A DNA stretch of 64,000 nt from Anthoceros angustus (lineage: Eukaryota > Plantae > Anthocerotophyta). The position numbers and the translations under genes are program-made. The stretch is taken from contig MU008159.1 in the NCBI GenBank assembly GCA_010909165.1, forward strand, positions 2,294,001-2,358,000, given 5' to 3'. Each line of letters begins with the position of its first letter. Position 1 is the first letter of the stretch. This document shows, piece by piece, positions 1 to 11,811 of the stretch. Below the pieces are notes generated by a model. The model was not told the origin of the DNA. It saw only the letters and a program-made list of their open reading frames with translations, and did no database searches.

Positions 1-249
1 AACAAACACTTTCCGAGGGTGAAGATTCCAAAGTCCAATCGATTTAGCGTTTGCCACATGTGAAGACCTAAAGAGAGGGATCAAGAATACACGGTACAGG
101 CAAACGCAAGGTACACCTCGATCCACTATTGGACTAACACCATGTGGCATGGTAATGATTGTAAGTCGAAACGTATTTTGTCCGCATGTCTCAATCCATC
201 TTTTCCGTCTCCGAGGCGTGCCTCTGTGGATCACAACTTGGGGCAAAAG

Positions 250-900
250 CGCCGGACGTCCGCCAGAAGCCGGACTCCCCGCCTCGCTGGGTGCAAATGC
301 TCCCAATGCGGACGTCCGCGAAGCTAGAGCTATGCTCCCAGTGGGGCGCAGATGCGGGACATCCACCGAGCTGATCACTGCGGAGCAATGCTCCCAATGC
401 GGACGTCCGCCTGACAGTCACCGAGCAACCCAGGCTGACGTCCGGCAAGCGGTGCCCGGGAGCGTACACGGACCGCCCAGCCGGAGCATTTGCTCTCGCC
501 GGACGTCCGTACGGCTGGGCTACCATTGGGAGCATTTGCTCCCGGCCGACGTCCGACGCAAACGGTCCCGCCTGGCTAAAGCAAGGCCGCCGGACTGGGC
601 CTGATGGGAGAATTCTCCCAATCGCCGGACGTCCTCACGGCCAAGGCTCGCGCCTAGATGGGAGCATTTGCTTGCTATGCGCCGGACGTCCGCCCACTGC
701 GCCTGCCGGGGTCCGTGGCTGACGTCCGCCGCTAGACTCCGAGTCCGGGCGGGGCCATTGTTCCCCGTGCATCACTTGTGTGCATCACTTTCTGAGAGGC
801 ATACCTTTCGAACTATCCTTCGTTGTCGAGGAGAATTTAGATTGTCTGTTTTGGTGCTCTTGTTCCTAATCTTTGTTTTCTGCCTCGGACGTCTGGCACT
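250..900. repeat. GC-rich array of short palindromes (GGACGTCC and GGGAGCA-TT-TGCTCCC-type hairpins) upstream of the transposase
   Basis: GGACGTCC at about 254, 310, 401, 501, 627 and 684, with variants at about 436, 548, 720 and 887. GGGAGCATTTGCTCCC at about 528 and GGGAGAATTCTCCC at about 606. The motif recurs at about 3027, downstream of the transposase. Confidence 0.8.
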
Positions 901-2330
901 TGGTCTCCGTTGGCGAGGACGAGACTGAACGTGTGCATGCCTATTCTGGCGCAGAGAAACTAGAGGAAGACTTGGAGGACCACAGAATTCAGGTGATAGC
1001 AGAACGAGCCAAGATGATCAAACATAGAGGAAAATGCTACGCTGAGCCACACCACTACATAGGACTCTCTATTGACGGTATGGATCAACAGAAGACCGGA
1101 CTTCCGCATTTCCTCCGGCCGCCAAAGTGCTGGACGCTCAGGTGAATATTCATGTGGTTGGGTGCATGGTGCACAATTATAATTGGACCACCAAGGTATA
1201 TCTTACCTTTCCTAACCTTCGTAATGATTCCAATCGACCATCGGATCATCCAGGATATCATCCTTGGGTACGAGAGTGTTGAGTGTTGTAAGCTAGACAA
1301 CACAATGAGAGAGAACAAGAACCAGCTACTATTTGCTTATTTGAATATGCTTATCGAGTTGGGCGTTTTGAGAAGATCAAGGTTGGTTTCTTGATGGTTG
1401 GACACACGCATGACCGTGATCGATCAAATGTTTAGCCGATTTTCACCGCCCCGGCACAAGGAGGCTTTTACTTTGCCTCAAATGTGCTAATTTTAGAGAA
1501 GGCATATTTTCCGAGACCTCAAGTGAAGTGTCTTATCGAGGTGCGACTTTAGAAGTTTTGTATGGCCAATCAAGAAAGGGTCCAGAGGATTTGACCGGTT
1601 TGTCGTTGAGCAACCGAACAAAAACTCTTTCCAGCATCAATTCAAGATTACAAAAGAAGATCAATATGGTCATGGGGCCGCTTATCCGAAGCAAAGAGTT
1701 CTCCACATCTATACAGTGGGAACCGGAGGACGGCCTTCGCCCCGAGAAGGATTCCAACCACGTACATTCTCGGCTCCTCTAGTTGGTTTACAGCCAAAGA
1801 GGACACACCGAGCAGCAAAAGCGCCTGAATTGTTTTTCAAATTTGAGACGGTCTCGAAAGCTCATTCGCTTATATCCTGCGAGGACCGGGTTTGGTGGAG
1901 CTTGTTCGAAAGACCAGAGGCTCGTCCGTGCCTTGATGGAGGGAAGGATCTTCCGTCCTCCACGCCTTGGAGATGGTATGACAGAAAAGTGCGGAGGCCA
2001 ATAGACAACCCTTCACGGTGCGGATGTAGCGTATAAAGTCGCCTAGGCCGATGATGCGAGAGTGATGTACTTGGGACCTTACCAACAAGTAGAGCGACGA
2101 GAGAGAAGAAGATGCTTTGAATGGTGATGTGGCGAGATCCGCCGGAATGATGGTTGCCGTTCTTGCGTAAGGGATGTCCAAAACCGCCTTCCGGATTGCA
2201 AGGGTGGATGATGTGGATTTCTCTGCGACATGCCTTATTTAGAAGCGCATTGGTGGGTGACGAACCACACCAACGCATTTGAAGGCGTATATGTACCAGT
2301 AAAGATTGGGAGGGATGCTCGACTACTGGG
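873..2330 (+). pseudogene. DUF7869-type (Sola-like DDD) DNA transposase, frameshifted
   Basis: Stitched frames give SIDGMDQQKTGLPHF...HVVGCMVHNY...LDNTMRENKNQLLFAYLNMLIELG...KVGFLMVGHTHD-IDQMFSRFS, with three acidic positions typical of this RNase H-like family. The C-terminal MYLGPYQQVER resembles MYLGRYQNLER in the second copy. The Sola assignment is inference. Confidence 0.8.
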
Positions 2331-3234
2331 AGAAGGCATGGAGGCCGTGGAAGAGCATGTGTTCAATTAAATGTCCGTAAACTTTTGTTTTTCAAACCGT
2401 GATTTTGCTTTACGGCTTTACCCTCACTCGCCTAAGGCTTGAGGAAAGAGTCTCAAGAGCGATTCGGAAAACCTATTCGATACATCGTGGAAAGCCGATG
2501 GTCCCGCATGCTGCACCAAGTGTCATCCGGAGGAGTGATGCCTTCGCCCATTTATCGGACTCGATGCACCAGATGTCCCTATTGGTGAGTCTGATGGTGT
2601 TGGGCTCGAATCGGTGATGAACTTCTGGCCAAACCTCGACCTCTGAGATACCGTTACACCTCCTAAACGAAAGCGCGCCCGTCCACGAAAGTAGTTTGTA
2701 CTATTTGCTGGTGGAGGTTTAACCATAGTGCGGGGTTAACCTGCATCAAAGTTTCGTGAGGACAAGATTCAGAGATCATGAGGTACTTCATTCATCTTAA
2801 TGGGTTCCCTCGATTTCAATTGATGACAATTATCCCATGTATTTGTAGCAAGCACCAGCCAATCAACTCCCAATCGCACCATTTTACATCCGAGACGTGC
2901 CTCGAGAAAGGACGCTTGGTCATGACTTCTCCACCCTTACAAGAACTAGTTGAATTGTCCATTTTACAATCTTCCGCTTTGTATCAATCTCTGCACCGTA
3001 TGAGCGTGGAGGTGATTGTATGTGCCGGACGTCCACACATTTTTGGAGACCACCTCGACGTGGCTCGAAGGCGCGACCGCAATGTGCCGGACGAAGGATT
3101 CTTTTCCTTATGCTCCTTCGAACTTCGCGCAAGGTTGTATGTGTCCCTGTTTTTTATATTGTTTTGACGCTTTTGGACGGGCTGTGTAATCAGAGTACGT
3201 CACATTTCCTGTTCAGTTTACAAGATCGTTGATT

Positions 3235-5344
3235 AACATGCTAATATTTGAAGGGGCTGAATATACATCATGCGGCTTTATAGGCCAATATACGCTGAAC
3301 AGGGTTCGTGATGGGTACCAAATTGGTTCTATGCGACATAGTTAGCGGAAAACACTGAAAAATTATGGTGTTCAACATGTGGATCATAGGATCCATGGAT
3401 GACGATTGGAACAAGAATGGTCTGCACGCCGACACAATACATGATTCCAAGGGAATGGAGACCCATGCCGTAACAAAGTGCATAGATGCAAAACGTATGA
3501 ATCTGTGCGCTGTAGTATTTGCGGCTTATTTATGTATGTCCTCACGACCTCGCCAACCCAAAAGCTATAATGCATGGACTTTTGGAAAGGAATACATCCA
3601 ACACCTCGCAATATGGAGGATACCGTGGTCCGATTCGGGTGAGTTAGGGCGCCGCATGCCGCGCCATTTGCATGTCGGCGCCTAACGCCATGGTCACTTG
3701 CTCATTCGAATGTGCAAGGAGCAGGTCGGTTAGGCGCCGCATGTTGCATTTAGCCCGACCCGCCTTGCAACATCTAAATGAGATGGTGCCGCCGCCATAC
3801 CGATGCCATAGAACTGAATTCTGCTTGCTGGTCCACATGAGCAGAGGAACTTTGTTTTTATCCCCCCGTGTCCTGTTCTTTCAGCAACATGCCTCAAACT
3901 AGGGTTGGGGAAACAAAGTGTGATAAACCCTAGGGATTTGGGATCTCTACTTCTCTGCGAGAATGTTCAATGAAGAAATCGATCCGTTTCATGTAAGGGG
4001 GGCCCCGCATGCCCGTAGTAATAACAGTTTCTTTGTGATACGGGAGATAATAAAATTCACTCACAACCTGATACTACGCTCCCGTCTTCTCATTGACAAT
4101 GACAACACCATCCATTAGATCTCACTTATCTTTTACCAACCATCAGAATCACATCCTCACTCTTCGCCTGACTCTAAACCTTCTTCCTCATAGAGGACTA
4201 CTTCATGACCATCATCTTCGCTATCGATACCTGCATCTAGGGTGGAGGGCACAATGTGAGGACGAAGAGCATTCAATTTCTCTCTGATCGCTTTCTTGTC
4301 TGCTGCGTATAGATGTTTCTTGGATGTCAGCTTGAACCCATAATACACAATAATGGTTTTACGGACGAAGAGCTTCTGGATGTTCGGAGGCCTGAAACCT
4401 TTTCCCGCCTTGCCTTTCAAAGGTGCTGCTATGTCGCTATCGACCGAGAAAGTATTCCCTACATACTTCCTTCAAAAGCATCCGTGTGTTCGGTCCGCCA
4501 CCGGAACAAGAAATAGGGGTCGGACGTGAGGTGGACACCAACAACCTTGGCCACCAACGCCCTATTGTGAGTATCGCCTCACAAGGCGTTACAATGAACA
4601 TACCTTTTCTAATCTCCATGATGTCACCATTCATCCTCTCCACTTCCTCTTCACGCTGCTCAATGTTCTCGATATGCTCCTGTACATGTCCTTGGTACAT
4701 CCCGCAATAATGCTTCGGCCCAGAGAGCTTCATCCGAACCAGCAAGGAGGCACATTTGCTCGCCACGCCTATCATACCACTTCCACGGGTTTTCAAAACA
4801 AGTCCGATGTTATGGTCCACAATCGCTATGATCTCCTCTTGATCCTTCCGTAAATCATCCCACCACTCCCCTCAACAAAGATTCACATAAGTTGGTAACT
4901 TCAGCATCCCTTTCTTCAAGTGATCTACGCCATCACGTGCACTCAAGCCTCCACTTTTCTTGTCTTTTGCCCGCAATGCCATTAGGGAGTTGGGCCGATG
5001 ATGCTGTAGGCACAAACGACATAGTGTGCTGCATGCCGTTTGACTTTATACATATTCTGCGTTTGGGATTTGAATCCTTTTATGCATATGTTCTGTGCCA
5101 TTGCTCTGTTCATAGTTTGCATACATTCTTTGCATGCGCCGACGCAGTCTCCCTGAAGACCGTATCCTGCATATCATATACGATGAAATCGGACAAAACC
5201 ATATTGTATGCCATTGACCAACCTGCGGCCAAAAACCTGAGGAATGAAAAAAGCCGCTTTTGTGACCGTGGAGCACATAGAAAATTGGTCCGAGGTTTCT
5301 GGAAGCGGCTTCGTATATTCAGCCCCTTCAAATATTAGCATGTT
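3235..5344. mobile_element. 2.1-kb non-autonomous TIR DNA transposon with 32-bp perfect TIRs and 4-bp TSD (GATT)
   Basis: 3235-3266 AACATGCTAATATTTGAAGGGGCTGAATATAC is the exact reverse complement of 5313-5344. GATT flanks both ends (3231-3234 and 5345-5348). Confidence 0.9.
4157..4870 (-). pseudogene. Degenerate ORF inside the 2.1-kb TIR element, function unassigned
   Basis: Adjacent minus-strand ORFs 4437-4820 and 4157-4420 have protein-like composition. There is weak by-eye similarity to the MTase region at 41.3-41.9 kb (IVDHNIG vs VMDVPRG; EAILTIG vs EYITIG). Confidence 0.35.
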
Positions 5345-5783
5345 GATTTAGTTTTTTGGATTGGACTGTTTTCGGGAAATTTTATGATACCCATTCGCAT
5401 TGGGTCAACGCCCCGCAATCTGGTTCCGCTTCTTCGAGTGACTCGCTTCTTTGCATTCTCGGTTGCTGAAAACGCCCTCTGAGTTTGGTTTGTGGACTAC
5501 AAAGGGTTTGGCTTGCCTTGTTTCCACCCCGCCTAAGCTCTTGGATCATGAAATAGGTGTTTAATAGTCCTGCACTGCCCGTACCTCAAATCCGCCGATC
5601 GTCAAACCGAGGAACCTTCAATAGCTTATACTGCTTGCAAAGAGCGTGAAAGAAAAGTACATGAATAATGTCGTAGTAGACATGTCTTCCCACCTAGTTT
5701 TCTCAAGGTGTCTTTTGGCCCGTTTTGAGGGGGTGTTTTTGGTCCTTTGCTTGCCTAGTCCCTTTTAGTGGAGAATAACCCCA

Positions 5784-7490
5784 ATGCTGAGAGACGCTGT
5801 TCTATGGACAATAGTCGATGGGTCGGTGCCCTGCCCTGCAAATGGAACCCCAGACTATAATCAGTGGATAAAATCCGACAGAAGAGCCCGCAATCTGCTA
5901 ATTGCCGACCTTGACAAAGACATGGTTCACCAAACCTTCGGTGCCTCTACGGCACAAACCATCTGGGAACGCTTCATACAAATGTTCGAAGCCACCGACG
6001 CCCAACACTCCGCCACTACCGTAAGGAACTTTCACAACCTTAAACGGGGAAAGTATCCAAGCGCACCTTAGCACCTTCTGCACATTGAGAGCAAGACTGG
6101 CCTCCTGCAGGACTACCCTAACAGAGGATCAGGCGGCCATAGCCCTCCTGATGACCCTGCCATCAAACTGGCGCACATTTGTGGCAACCCAGAACGGTCT
6201 CATGAAGCAGTCTGCACACGCGAAGAAGCTTAAGCTAGGAGAACTCATGACCCTCTCGGAGGTCATCGCTGCAATAATTGAGGAGGACTCGGCTAGGGGT
6301 CCCTCCAAGAGTGTAGCCCCTGGACAAGCTCTCTTCACCTCACGTTCTAATGGACAGAGACAGACACGAAACAGGAATTGGCAAAGCAGGAAGGGAGGGG
6401 AAGGTTCTTCCCAATCAGGCCCTGCTAACCCCCATGGTAAGGGGAACTATAATTGGTGAAGTCAGGGCACTATGAGCGAGTGCCGCAGCAAGCTTCTGAA
6501 CTAAGGAAACAAGGTTCCCCAAGTGCTCACCCTTACACGAGACCGCCAATTCGATTACCACCGACCACCACCACTGAAGCCGCTTCCTCCTCGTACTTGG
6601 ACTGCGGTCACTCATGTCTGCAAAGACCATAATTGTTTTAGCACCTATCGAATCCTACATGGAGGAGGATCGATTTATGTGGTCGACAACAGTCTAAGTA
6701 CTAGTAATCGCACAGCTTACCCTACAAGGTAATCGAGGCACGATATCACTTTCAGATGTACTCCATGTGCCGACGGTCAGCAAGAACCTGGTATCTGTGA
6801 GCACTCTAACGGATGACAAGCAATACGAGATTCACTTCAAAGCTCAAAAATGCGAGATTTGTCCCTATGATAACCCCATTGATGTTACCTGCCACGGATC
6901 AAAGGAAGACAGGCTCTATCTCTTGGAAGCCTCCTCTCTTCTAGGAATAGCTCACCTAGCTCGGACTTCGACAGAGGCAGAGATAACCAAGTTTTGGCAC
7001 CTACCTCTAGGTCATCCCAGCTTGAGGCGCATGAAAGAAATGAAAGCTAGCCTGACTATATGCCGACCTTAGAATTCGGATTCTCTATTCGTGAAGGCCG
7101 CTAGGAAAAGTAAGGAAGTGCCATACCCACGTGCTTCCTCCTCACCGTACACCGAGCTACTTGAGTGGTGCATATCGATCTTTGCGGACCCATGTCCACA
7201 CACTCGTTTGGAGGAGCTTCTTACCTTATGCCTATCATTGACGACAAGTCTCGTATGATTCACACTTACTTCCTCCGGCTGAAGAGTGAAGCCTTTACCA
7301 AGTTCAAGGAGTTTCACGCAATGGCTGAACTTCAGACCGACTATAAGCTCAAGTGTGTACGCTCGGATGGAGGAGGCGAATTCCTTTTTGGTGAATTTAA
7401 CTCCTACCTTACAGAACGAGGCTTCACTCAACAAGTCACCGTCCCCTACGCCACGCAAAGCGGTGGCGGAGAAGCGCACAGCAGAGGCTC
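5784..7490 (+). mobile_element. Ty1/copia gag-protease-integrase remnant
   Basis: gag-like LWTIVDG...ARNLLI...IWERF; protease/pre-integrase VPTVSKNLVSVSTL and WHLPLGHPS; integrase core VHIDLCGP...IIDDKSR...VRSDGGGEF. Multiple frameshifts. Confidence 0.9.
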
Positions 7491-7499
7491 CAGGAGATG

Positions 7500-8480
7500 A
7501 TTGGCGGTCTGCAGTGCGTAGATGTTATCTGCGTAGTCAAGGCTGGCTGGGGCATAGCCCTTGACCACGAGCCTTGCTTTGAGTCTTTTTGTGGTTCCGT
7601 CGGACTTCAACTTACGTTTGAATGTCCACTTACATTTAATTGCTTTGCGGAGGGAGAGTGGGTGAGCACCTGTGTCTTCAAGCCTGAAGTCATATTCTTG
7701 CTGGACTGCCTTCATCCATCCTTCCTTGTCAGGTGATGCGAGTGCTTCTTCGAGAGTTGCTGGTTCCAGAACGTGAGTTGCAGCCAGCATTGCCCTTACC
7801 ATGAGGGTGGCAGGAGTGTCGGTCTCGGTACTTGTCTCTGCAAGTGGATTCTCAATTTCAGGAGCAATGGGAGCCGTATCTGCTGGAGTAGGTTGCTGTG
7901 GAGCAGGACCGGGCACATGGTATTCGTCAAGATAAGCAGGATGGCGGCGAGCTCTTGTGGATTGGCGCCGCTCGGGTATGGTAGCTGGTGGATTTACTCT
8001 AGCGGGAGCAAGATTAATTACTCCAGGTGCAGCAGCAGCTTGGGGAATCGGGGCTTGACCTACATCGACGGCAGGAGGGAGGAATGGACCAATTTGAGCA
8101 GCAGTTGGTGCCTTTGGTGGTTGCACAAACGAACTTGGGGCAGTTTGGTGCACGGAGGCTCAATTTCAGAGAGCTCAATTTCTACCATATTCTTCTGCTC
8201 ATTGCGAACGGGGTCGTCGAGGTCGGGATAGGAGCCAATAATGCTCCCGCTGTTTCCTGGAGCATCAAGGTGCTCGCGGACATAGACGCTCCGAGAAATG
8301 GTGATTTGATGTGAGGTTGGGTGGACAAGTTTGTATCCTTTCACGCCATCAATGTATCTGACGAATATACGTGTTTCAAGGCCAAATTTTCCAGTCTTGG
8401 AATCGTGAGTCGATGGCGTTTCTCCTTGGGAATCCATGAATAAGCATCGCCAAAATCCAAGATGGAGAGAGAGGGCACAT
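7500..8480 (-). mobile_element. Ty1/copia integrase C-terminus/SH3 through start of reverse transcriptase, opposite orientation
   Basis: Minus strand reads L-IFG-DAYSWIPKEKRHRL...DGVKGYKLVHP...ISRSV, then EPATLEEAL...WMKAVQQEY...KCKWTFKRK...RLKARLVVKGY (RVT_2 N-terminus). Confidence 0.88.
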
Positions 8481-8504
8481 GTCGTCCAAGCCTCAAAGGG
8501 GGTC

Positions 8505-8741
8505 TGTGTCTTACGGAATGGATAATCCGCCTAACCTCGCCACCAGCTAGTTATCAGAGACCGTAATTAATAGTGTTTAATAATTACGAACGGGTGTGCC
8601 TCTTCGGAAGAGACACCTAGTGACACTATTTAAGACACACTTTGTATACACCTTCTAGGCAGATTAACACGAAATATCTTTCTGAGCATGGCGTCTTGAT
8701 CATGCTAGATTAGATGCAATCCTACTGCTAGGATCTTCACA
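8505..8741 (+). mobile_element. Putative short LTR (about 235 bp)
   Basis: Begins TG just after a purine tract (AAAGGGGG, 8495-8502), ends TTCACA at 8741 and is followed directly by a PBS. No second copy was found in the window, so the left edge is inferred. Confidence 0.5.
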
Positions 8742-8753
8742 TGGTATCAGAGC
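8742..8753 (+). promoter_or_regulatory. Primer binding site complementary to the 3' end of initiator tRNA-Met
   Basis: TGGTATCAGAGC, the canonical plant LTR-retrotransposon PBS, directly after ...CA. Confidence 0.9.
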
Positions 8754-10143
8754 CTTGCAAAAGGCATCTTTAGTGCACCATGGTAGGGCACCCATTCTGA
8801 CCCTGATCCACTTGAGGGGTTCTTAATCCTGGAGTTTCTACAAGGGGGCTGGCCTTGCACCCTTCCCTCTCAATGCTTGGTTTGCATATGCACATTTTAT
8901 GGAGATATGATCCATCACGGGCTCCTATGAGACCAAAAGGAGACCATGGAAGAGGCGTAGCTTTTTGCCTTTCCATGCTTTTTACCATGCTCTTTTTGCC
9001 TTCTTAGCTTCTCAAGTTATCCTTTGAGAGGCCATGGAGAGCACCCGGCAATCCAAGATCTGGCGATCCAAGACCCGGCGATCTAAGACCCGCCGGACTA
9101 CAGGATCGGAGGGGCTTCGACGTGCCCGCCGTGACTGCATTTGCTCACCTCTCTCTAGCCCAAAAGTGGATTGCTTTGTCCACGGATTCTCGGAAGACGA
9201 TCTCGTTCCCGGAGCATCCCGCAGCCTCCTACCAATTCACAATTCCGACGACTCGGACAATGAATTCCCAAGCAAGGAGGACACATGGTTAGAGCAAACC
9301 TGGGCGCCCCTCATGAAGCCGGAATTGTGCAGGATCGGCTCAGATTCAAAGAGGAATCCAGGAGATCCGCAAATTCGCAGGAGGATGACGCCCAATCCTC
9401 GTTCAATTTCTGCCTGAAATCAACCAAATCTAAGGAAATTTCTCTGCAGGAGGAGGCGCCCCAACCTCAGGCACTAGGATCGGCGGGAAACGGCGACCAG
9501 ATCCCCCTGTCGGAGCCGGTGCAAGGGCGCGCCATCGAGGGCACGCCATCGCCCGGGTGCACGGAGGAAGCGCTGGACGGCGATCAAGGCGATGGGCGCC
9601 GCTGAATCGGCCAAGGGCGACAACTTGTTGTCGCTTGCATGGCGAATCGGCGGCCTGCCAAACGGCAACTTGCTGTTGCCGCTTCAATCAACCTGATTCG
9701 CGGCCCCAACCGTGTGAATCCGTTTTTCGGCACTGCTTCAACCGCCTATCTTGGCGCCATTCACACAGCTTTTTGGACCTGTGGAACTTTGTGCCACCAC
9801 CCATTCATGCGCAAGTGAAGATTGAGCCAATTTGGACCCTGGAAGTTTTGTACCACCACCAGTATATGCGCAAGTGAAGATTGAGCTAGCCTCGCCCATC
9901 CTGCAACCGGAATCTTCGGCTTTTGCGGATCAAACTTCTCTTATGTGGGATCAGCTTGAGCACACGACTCGCCTTTTGGTGGACATAGTCTTCGCCTTCG
10001 TTATGATAGCTCAACCGGAAGATAACTTGATTCTGACTCTTTGGACTTTTGGTAGTCTCGATCTTTATGACCACAACCATGTGGAGGTTGTGGACCAGCT
10101 TATACAAAGACTTCAACTCGCTTTCAATTAACGCCTTACCGCC

Positions 10144-11196
10144 ATGGCTAGTACTTCCTCCACCTACCGATTCCCCGCCTTCACCGACCACATTAGAGAG
10201 AAAGACCGATTCAACGGCCAACACTACCCTGTGTGGCGCGTTCGGATGAAGTCGATCCTTATTGGTCGAGGCGTTTCGAAGCTTATCGACGGCACTCTCC
10301 CAAAGCCCAAACACGCAGCAGTTCCACCGCTTTCTGCTGCAGACATTGAGAAATGGGAGTACTTGAACGGGATAGCTGTGGCACTCCTGATCAGCGGAAT
10401 TCAACTCCTTAAGGATGAGGAAGACTGACGCGATTTCTGCCCACACCTCGAAGTTCAGACAGCTACGACGGCAGCTTGCCTCCCTTGGCTCAACCATGTC
10501 GGAGACCGATGCCACTGCACAGCTGCTAATGAGCTTACCACCGTCTAACCAAAATTTCGTGACCAACCTGATGTTGGTATCAACTCATGGTAAGTCAGGT
10601 ACACCCTCCACCCTTACAGTGGAGAACATTATCGGCGCTCTGTATCAGCAGGAGCAGAGCCGCCTTAGCTCTGCAGGAGGGTCCAAGCCTCGAGGCGCAT
10701 GTGCTTCCACCCGCTTCAAGCCCGGGAGGAATTCAAAGGGCAAGGCGAACTTCACCCCTAAAGGTGACTCAACCTCTGCGCCTCCTCGCCGAGCTGAACC
10801 TAATGGTGCGGAGTCATTGCCATTGGGCACGAGAGTGCCGCAAGAAAGAGGCCGGAGAGTTAAGGTCGACTGAGACAAAGCAAGATGTGCGAGGAACGCC
10901 AAAGACAATAGAGACCAAACCAGAAGATACTTACTATGCCTCAACACCCAGTTGCATTAGGATGTGGGGTGGTATCTGGACAGTGGAGCCACCGCCCACA
11001 TATGCAACGATGCCACACTAAAGGAGGAAATTTACATGAAGCAGCCACATATGTATGTGGATTCCAAGAGACCTACTTGGGTCTGCAAGCTACTCAAGGG
11101 CCTATACGGCCTTAAGCAATCACCAGCTGAATTTTATGTGTTGATCGATGGCCACCTCATTCAATTTGGCTTTGTTAAGACCTTAGCAGACCAGAA
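10144..11196 (+). mobile_element. Second Ty1/copia remnant: gag, zinc knuckle and protease start joined to an RT fragment
   Basis: FNGQHYPVWRVRMKSIL (gag), HWARECRKK (zinc knuckle), WYLDSGATAHICND (protease), then in frame EEIYMKQP...VCKLLKGLYGLKQSP (RT). The integrase is deleted. Confidence 0.88.
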
Positions 11197-11228
11197 AACA
11201 TGATAATTTTTGAAGGGGGGGAATATAG
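11197..11228 (+). mobile_element. Left TIR of another member of the AACATG...TGAAGGGG TIR family, interrupting the copia RT
   Basis: AACATGATAATTTTTGAAGGGGGGGAATATAG closely matches the TIR at 3235-3266, and copia RT similarity stops here. No partner end was located. Confidence 0.7.
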
Positions 11229-11811
11229 TAACCCCCTTCGGTCGAGACAGCACCCCCTTGTCACGAAGAACACCTTTCCTAGAACAGCATATCGCCCTAC
11301 TTTGATAATGCACACACCCTTTAAAGGTCATACCTTTGATAAAAGATGCACTTTCAAGTCTACACAGAAGCTGAGCACGGTGGGGTGTGGGCCCGTTAAC
11401 GTTTTAGTAGAATGCATAGAGGGCTGCCATTTTCATATGTTTATTATATGTTTGGCGGCGCCCTCACCCCAATGGGGAGGCGGGGAGCATGTTGAAGTGC
11501 GGCATCCATCACTACAAGAAAATGAGGGTTTTACAACGGTTTTACAACGGTGTTACAACGTGGCGTTGTAAAGCAGGCGCAACAACGCCGTTATGGCAAG
11601 GAAACTTCATGACGTTGTAAAATTGCGACATGGCGGTTCGATGCCATGTCATTAAAGTGGTGATGTGGCGCCACATCACGCCACATCACCAAGTGATGAC
11701 ATGGCATGTTGTTGCCACATGGCCCTTCATTGCCACATCATCGGTGATGACATGGCATAATTTGATGACATGGCCCTCATTGCCACATCACCATGTGATG
11801 ACGTGGTGCCA

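Noticed and set aside
142-928. ORFs in the GC-rich 5' region
   Set aside because: Open frames on both strands are expected from GC-rich palindromic repeats, and no recognisable domain is present.
5722-5740. PPT-like TTGAGGGGGTGT before the first copia gag
   Set aside because: No LTR or PBS follows before the gag remnant, so it cannot be supported as a PPT.
8742-8753. tRNA gene
   Set aside because: It is only the 12-nt PBS complement; no cloverleaf is present.
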